From NCBI RefSeq assembly GCF_009914755.1, contig NC_060927.1: a DNA stretch of 64,000 nucleotides, one strand, 5' to 3'. Made by a program: the position numbers and the translations under genes. The notes under the pieces were generated by a model that searched no databases, had not been told where the DNA came from, and saw nothing but the letters and a program-made list of their open reading frames with translations. How positions within the stretch are numbered: the stretch's first letter is position 1; each line of letters starts with the position of its first letter. Below, piece by piece: positions 56,243 to 64,000 of this stretch. The stretch comes from the human T2T-CHM13v2.0 reference genome, Homo sapiens.

Positions 56243-58084
56243 ATAAGCTTTTTATTACTGATTCAATTTCAGAACTTGTTATTGGTCTGTTCAGAGCTTC
56301 AATTTCTTCCTGGTTCAATCTCAGGAGGTTGTATGTTTCCAGGAATCTATTCATTTCTCATAAGTTTTCTAGTTTGTGTGCGTGGGGTGTTCACAATAGT
56401 CTCTGAGGATTTTTGTATCACTGTGGGGTCAATGGTAATGTCCCCTTAGTCATTTCTAATTGTGTTTATTTTGATCTTCTTTCTTTTTCTTTCCTAGTCT
56501 ACTTGGTGGTTTATCAATCTTATTTATTCTTTCCAGAAAACCCACTTCTGGTTTTATTCATCTTTTGTATGATTTTTATGTCTCAATTTATTTCAGTTAA
56601 GCCTAATTTTGGTTATTTATTGTCTTTTGTTAGCTTTGGGGTTGATTTGGTCTTGTTTTTCTAGTTCCCCTTGGTGCGATGTTAAGTTGTTAACTTGAAA
56701 CCTTTTTAGATTTTTGATGTAGGTGTTCAGCACTATATACTTTCCTCTTAACACCATTTTAGCTGTTTCCCAGGGATCCTTCTATTTTGTATTAGTTTCA
56801 AAGAATTTCATATTTTATGCTTTGATTTCATTGTTTACCCAAAAGTCATTCAGTACCAGGTTGTATAATTTTCATGTAATCATACAGTTTTGAGTGATAT
56901 TCTTAGTACTGGTTTCTATTTTTAATGCACTGTGGTCTGACAGTGTGGTTGGTATGGTTTTGCTTTTTTTTAATTTGCTGAGAATTTTTTATGGCTGATT
57001 GTGTGGTCAAATTTAAAGTAGGTGCCTTGTGTAGATGAGAAGAATCTATATTCTATTGTTTTTGGGTGGAGAGTTCTGGAAATACCTGTTAGGTTAATTT
57101 GGTCAAGTGCCAAGTTCAGGTCCCAAATATCTTTGTTAGTTTTTACCTTGATGATCTGTCTAATACTCTCAGTGGGGTGTTGAAATCTCTCAATACTATT
57201 GTGTGGTTATCTAAATCTCTTCTTAGGTCTCTAAGAATTTGTTTTATGAATATGGGTGCTCCTGTGTTGGGCGCATATATATTTAGAATAGTTACATGTT
57301 CTTTATGAATTGAACCCTTTACCATTATGTAATGCCCTTCTTTGTCTTTTGATCATTGTTTAAAGTCTGTTTTGTCTGAAATTGGAATAGCAACCTCTGC
57401 TTTTTTTTCTGTTTTCCATTTGCTTGGTAGATTTTTCTCCATCCCTTTATTTTGAGTCTATGCATGATATTGCATGTGAGATGGGTCTATTGAAGACAGT
57501 ATAGCATTGGATCTGGCTCCTTTATCCAACTTTCCACTCTGTGCCTTTTAATTGGAATCACTTAATTGGGAAGACTTGTTTATCTTTTTGCTTTATATTG
57601 ATATGTACAGATTTGAGTCTGTCATTGTACTTTTAGCTAGTTATTATGCAGACTTGATGGTGTATCACTTGCTTTATAGTGTAAGTGATCTATATATTTA
57701 AGTGTGTTTTTGTGGTGGCCAGTAGCAGTCTTTCATTTCCATATTTAGCACTTCCTTAAAGACTTCTTGTAAGGCAGGTCTGGTGGTAACTAATTCAGTC
57801 AGCATTTGTGTGTCTAAAAGGGATCTTACTCTCCTTTGCTTGTAAGCTTAGTTTGGCTGGTTATAAAGTTTTGTTTGGAATTCCTTTTCTTTAAGAATGC
57901 TGAATATAGGCCCTCCAATCTCTTCTGGCTTATACTGCTTCTGCCAAAGGTTCATCATTGGCCTGATGGGGTTCCTTGTGTTGGTAACCAACCCCTTCTC
58001 TCTAACTGCCTTTAATATTTTTATCTCCTTTCAAACTTGGAGAATTCAATGACTGTGTGTTGGGGATAGTCATCTTGTATAGTA

Positions 58085-58218
58085 TCTTCGCATTTTCTCT
58101 GAGGGGTTCTTCACATTTTCTGTGAAGGGGTTCTTCACATTTTCTGTGAAGGGGTTCTTCACATTTTCTGTGAAGGGGTTCTTCACATTTTCTGTGAAGG
58201 GGTTCTTCACATTTTCTG
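58085..58218. repeat. 24-bp minisatellite (TTCTGTGAAGGGGTTCTTCACATT): 4 perfect copies plus 1 degenerate
   Basis: TGTGAAGGGG recurs at 58121, 58145, 58169 and 58193. It appears as RKCEEPLH repeats in the ORF track. Confidence 0.97.
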
Positions 58219-59434
58219 AATTTGAATGTTGGCCTTTCTAGTGAGGCTTGAGAAATTTTCATGGACAATATCCTCAAATATTTTCCAAGTTGCTTGCTTG
58301 TTTTCCCTCTCTTTCAGGGATGCCAATGAGTCATAGCTTTGATCTCTTTCCATAATTCTATATTTCTCAGATTTTGTTTATTTTTTTCTCTATATTTACC
58401 TGACTGAGTTAACTCAGAGAATTGGTTTTCAAACTCTGAGATTGCTTCCTCAGCTTTGCTATTCTGCTGTTAATACTTACAATTGTATTATGAAATTCTT
58501 CTAGTGAGTTTTTCAGCTTTATCAGATCAGTTTGATTCTTTCTTAAAATAGCCATTTTGTCTTTTAGCTCCTGTATCATTTTATTGTATTTTTTATATCT
58601 TTGTATTAGATTTTGACTCTTTCCTGAGTTTAGACAATGTTTGTTCCTACTCACATTCCAAACTCTACTGTCATTTCAGCCATTTTAGGCTGGTTACGAA
58701 GCATTGCTGGGGAAGTAGTGCAGTCCTTTGGATGTAAGAAGACACTCTGGCTTTTTGTGTTGCCAGAGGTCTTGCACTGGTTCTTTCTCATCTGTGCGGG
58801 CTGAAGTTCCTTTCTTCTTTGAAATTGTTGTCCTTTGGATGAGTTGTTTTGCTTTTATTTTCTTTGATGCCCTTGGGTGTTTGATTGTTGTTTTGGTCGA
58901 CTGACTTCATTTTTTTTAGGATTTTATGGGGCCAGTGCTCAGCTAAGCTTTCTTGGGCTGCATGCTCTATCTCTGAGGGGCTGGTACTGGGCCCCCAGCT
59001 TTATTCCCTAATCCTCGAGGTCAGGAACTTGCTGCACTGGAGGGCCAAGGTGTTTCCAGGCCACTGTCCATGACTGTCTGATGGGGGGGTGCCAATTGAA
59101 GCACTTCTTTGGAGTGATGGCAGCAGGATCAGTGTTCATTTGTGCATGTCAGCAGCTGTAGTAGCACTACAAAGTGCATGCATGTTAGCCAGGGTGACAC
59201 ACCCACAGGAGCAGGCTGCAGCATTTCTGCATGGACTTCTGCAAGCAGTGTTCCTATTTATGGCTGTACCAATGGCAGTGTCACAGCAAGGTCAGGGTGC
59301 TGGCAGGGGCAAGATTACTAGTGACCATGCTCACACTCACACCAGCAGCATCAGCACGACGTGGCAATCATGTGTCAACAAGGGCAGGGTACACTCATGC
59401 TGGCAGCGATGGAATGGTGGGCTGCATGTGGGTG

Positions 59435-59459
59435 CACACAAACACACACACACACACAC
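59435..59459. repeat. Short (CA)n in the L1 5'UTR
   Basis: Read directly from the sequence. Confidence 0.9.
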
Positions 59460-59886
59460 CCTGAAAAGGAAGGGGAGGCAAGGGCCCCCCTCGCCCATCT
59501 GTGCTCCAGCAAGGCGTGGCTGGTGCCATGGGCAAGAGCATGCTGGTACAGCAGCAGGGTGGCAGGGAGGATACTGTGGTGGGGGAGGCTACAAGTGGGC
59601 TGGTGCACATTGGCGGGGCCAATCTGCTGGAACTCTAACAGTCAGGCATGGTCGGCCAGCAAAGAAGCTATGAAGAGGTCCCCCAGGAATTACTCTGATA
59701 GGGCACTGGAGGTGGCATTGCAAGTGGGTGCAGCCAGGCTGGGGCCCAGGAGTATCTGGAAGACAGGGGGCTCTCAGAGCCAACTGGCGCTGTATCATAG
59801 TCAAGACTGCCCTCCTCCATCCAGGTCTGTCAGTCACCCAAATGCTAAAACCTTTTGGAGGAGCATGGCAAAGCTTTGGGGCATAG

Positions 59887-60510
<624 letters not shown>

Positions 60511-60699
60511 CTTCTGTTTATTCTCAATGCCTTCCTTCCAAAGATCTGCTCAGAGTGTAACAGTCTTCCTGATATCCCAGTCCCTCCATGAGAGCTCTTC
60601 CTCTTGGCTGAGTCTAGTCGGCCATATTGACTCAGAATCCTGAGATGTAAGTTTTAAAGCCACAATTAAATAAAATCCAAAAACTGTCCATTTGTGAGA

Positions 60700-60905
60700 G
60701 ATTGTGCTCTGAAGCTAGACTGGGTTCTAGTTCATGCTCCTCAGGTTGCAAGCCATTTGCCAGCAGGCAAATTAATTACACTTACACTTGGAACCTTTGG
60801 TTTTCTATCAAACTCACTATGTTGTTCTGATGATTAAATGAATTAACACAGACAAATTCCTTATAAGAGTGTCAAGTGAATGCTCAAAATGTCAGTTATT
60901 ATTTT
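60700..60905 (+). mobile_element. MIR
   Basis: GCTCTGAAGCTAGACTGGGTTCTAG...GATTAAATGAATTAACACA...TGCTCAAAATGTCAGTTATTATT. Confidence 0.7.
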
Positions 60906-61169
60906 TTATGACTTGGCAATTTCTAATAGTTAATTTTGGGTTGTACTTACAAATACGCTTATATATAGGCACAGCGATACATATCCATTCAGTCATTTTA
61001 TATTATCAAACCAGTTTTTCTTGTTTTTTTTTTCCATTTCAATTTCACCCACTGCTACAGACAAGTTTTGTTTGTTTATATGATATATTTAACATACAAA
61101 AGGAAAAAGTTCAAGCTCTTAAGAATATGAGGTTGGGGGTGTAGCTATGAGTTGTAATAAAAAAATACA

Positions 61170-63118
61170 ATTTCATCCTGATTTAACTTACTTTCCTCTG
61201 GTTCTCTACCTGTACCCACATATTTGAAAATCGCTGGGAAAATATGATCATGTTGACACATCACACTTTAAAGCTATGACGTAAACTTCAAGCAGACCTT
61301 AAATGATACTGGGCCATTGGACTACATTAGTCTAATTTATCTACCCACCTCCTGTCTTGCAACATTACCTATTACTGTATACACTCCTTTCTCTTCAAAC
61401 TTCAACCTTCTCCTCCCCATACTCAATCTATGGAGGCAGGACCTTGTATGCTATTTTCTTTTGATTTGATTTTCTCGGTAAAATCTAACAATTCGACTGA
61501 GGCTGGGCACGGTGGCTCACGCCTGTAATCCCAGCACTTTGGGAGGCTGCGGAGGGTGGATCATGAGGTCAGGAGATCGAGACCATCCTGTTCAACATGA
61601 TGAAACTCTGTCTCTACTAAAAATACAAAAATTAGGCAGGCATGGTGGCACGTGCCTGTATCCCAGCTACTCAGGAGGCTGAGGCAGGAGAATCGCTTGA
61701 ACCAGGGAGTCAGAGGTTGCAGTGAGCCAGGATTGTGTCACAGCACTCCAGTCTGGTGACAGAGCGAGACTCCGTCTCAAAAAAAAAAAAAAAAAAGAAA
61801 TTCGACTGAGATTGTTCTTAATGTCACCAATAACCTTTTTTCATAAATACAATGTCCAAATCTCAATCATCGTCTTATTTCAAGTACCAACAGTGTTTAA
61901 GAAAACTGGTCACTTTTTCTTCCTCGAAATACTTTCTTCACTTGGATTCTCCCACAGAGACTTCTTTTTCATATTCCTTGTTAATCTTCACCTTATTCCT
62001 AAACTCTTAAAGCACTTATACCCTAGAACTTTTCTCTTCTCTTTTAGACCCACTTCATTACAGACCTCATTAATTTAAAATATCTCTATAGTCTGATAGC
62101 TCTCAAATATTTACCCCAACCCTGGTTCTTTGGACTCACACATGCAAATGCCTTCTCTACTGCTACACTGGGATGCCTAAATAGAAATCCCTTACTCAAT
62201 ACTGTTAAATTTTAGCATGAAATCCCTTCACAAAACTGCTACATCATCAGTCTTCCTATTCTTCGATAAAAAGAGCTCCATCTTCCAATGATTCAAGATA
62301 AACATCTCCGAATCATCCTTGACTTGTTTCTTTCTCCTATATTCTGCAAAACATCCATTAAGCTACTGTATTAGGTCAAACTTCAAAAAATATTAAGAAT
62401 TCAATTGCTCACATCTGTTCTACTGCTATCCCCTTAATCAAATCTCTTGCTTGGATTACAGCAATACCTGATCTCCTATTCGTTCTCCTTTTTTTCACTG
62501 CCTTCTCCTTACAATTTATTCTCAATATAGCTTCCAGACTGTTCCTTATAAATGAAATTTGGATCAAGTGCTGATGTGCTTAAACCCCCAAATAATTTTC
62601 ATTTTTTTCATTCACAGTAAAAGCCATGAAAAGCCTCATCCCTATAGATCCCCATGATTTGGACTTTGTTGCATCTTTGACCTTGTTTCATATGACTTAC
62701 TTCTTTTCTCACTCCACTCTTGTTACACTGACCTTGGCTCTGCTGTTTGAACAAGTCAGTTATCCTTCCATTTATAGGCATTTGCATTTAATGTATCATC
62801 TACCTGTAATTATCTGGCCTCAGATATAAGTCTGGTATGCTTTCTAACCTACTTCATTTCCTAAATGTCACCTTTTCATTGAGAACGAGCTCATAGTTCT
62901 AATTAAAATTTTACCCCTTAGGCCTATTCTTTTCTTCACCCAGCTTTAAAATTCTTCGTGGAACTTATAAATTACTGCTATATGATACAATAACAAAAAC
63001 TGTTATCATTTACTGCCTTTCTTCTCCAAATTGAATTTATTTTTCAACCTCTGTTACTTCCATATCATTAAGCCTGAAACATAATAATGCTTAAATGACT
63101 TATTGGATTAATTAATAA
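61170..63118 (+). mobile_element. L2 LINE (RT region to 3' end), interrupted by an Alu
   Basis: GTCACCAATAACC, CTTCCTCGAAATACTTTCTTCACTTGG and AATCATCCTTGACTTGTTTCTTTC, with an L2-like terminus near 63070-63118. Confidence 0.8.
61501..61796 (+). mobile_element. Alu (AluSc-like)
   Basis: GGATCATGAGGTCAGGAGATCGAG and CAGTCTGGTGACAGAG. TSD AATTCGACTGAG. Confidence 0.97.
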
Positions 63119-63169
63119 TTGCTATTTGTTAACAATGTATCCATTGTAAATATATTGTGAATAATTATC

Positions 63170-64000
63170 ATGCTTGCTGCTCTCTGAGCCTCCTGGATCT
63201 ATATTTTAGTGTCTGCCATTTACGTTGGAAAGTTCTTAGCCATTATTTCTTCAAATTTTTTTTTGCTTATTGTTCATTTCTTCTATGTAATTTCAGTTAC
63301 ACATAGATTGTACCTTATGAAACAGCATCACAGTTCTTGTATATTCTATTCCTTTTTTAAATTCATATTTCTCTATGCTTTCAGTTGGGGAAGTATCTAC
63401 TATTTACTTACACATCTTCAAGTTCACTGATTCTTTCCTTGGCCATGTCTAGTCTACTGGTAAGCAAATATGTTCTTCATTTCTTTCTCAGTGCTTTTAG
63501 TTGTAGTATCTTTTTAAAAATACTTTATTAGAGTTTCTCTCTGTTTGCATTACCTATCAATTATTATGTCTATTTTTTCCTTTTAGACCCCTTAACACCA
63601 TATTATAGTCATTTTAGAATTTCCTGATAATTCCAGTGCTTGCATTATATCTGAGTCTGGTTTTATGCTTGCTTCATCTGCTTAAAATCTATCTATCTAT
63701 CTATAGCCTTTTAGCACACCTTGTAACTTTTTGTTTGTAACTTTTTGTAGTTGCCTTGTAACTTTTTGTTGAAAGTTAGATGTGTTGTACCAGGTAATAG
63801 GAACTGAGGTGAATAGGCATTTAGTGTGAGGTTTGATATCATTCTGGCTAGGAGTTGGGCTGTGTTTAATGTTTGTTGTAGCAGTAGAGAGCAGAGGCTT
63901 CAAATTCTTCTTATGTTCTTGTTTTTATCATCCCCATGTTTGGAGGCTCCTGTAGGATCTCCTCCCAAGAGACAGTCTGTGTCTTACAGCTCTGTCAGCT
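63170..64000 (-). mobile_element. Old L1M (MC/MD-like) ORF1/5' region running off the window end
   Basis: CTCTGAGCCTCCTGGATCT...TCTTAGCCATTATTTCTTCAAAT and CTTCAAGTTCACTGATTCTTTCCTTGGCCATGTCTAGTCTACTG. Confidence 0.75.

Noticed and set aside
58085-58218. Regular direct repeats resembling a CRISPR array, or a repeat protein (RKCEEPLH)n
   Set aside because: The units are contiguous with no unique spacers, there are no cas genes and the context is primate. It is a minisatellite in L1.

Overview
This is AT-rich, CpG-poor simian-primate DNA, most likely human or ape given the near-consensus AluY copies. It looks gene-poor (intergenic or deep intronic). I cannot support any protein-coding gene, RNA gene or CRISPR array. 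The ORF track is explained by Alu, L1, MaLR and low-complexity sequence plus short chance ORFs. Roughly half the window is recognisable transposon DNA: a complete THE1B-like MaLR element (1377-3694, minus), a near-full-length L1MA4-like LINE-1 (about 21465-28125, plus), a full-length L1PA15/16-like LINE-1 (about 53333-60640, minus), two LTR16/ERVL remnants, about ten solo LTRs, 15 Alus, and L2/MIR fragments. Subfamily names come from recalled consensus sequences and need RepeatMasker/Dfam confirmation. I found no evidence of a new biological system. The best leads are modest: (1) the two THE1B LTRs differ so that the outward-facing 3' LTR keeps its DUX4 motif, TATA and splice donor but has lost its poly(A) signal; (2) a 108-nt exon-like segment at 43116-43223; (3) a homogeneous 24-bp VNTR inside an old L1; (4) a head-to-head MST LTR pair; (5) several candidate cis-regulatory islands.
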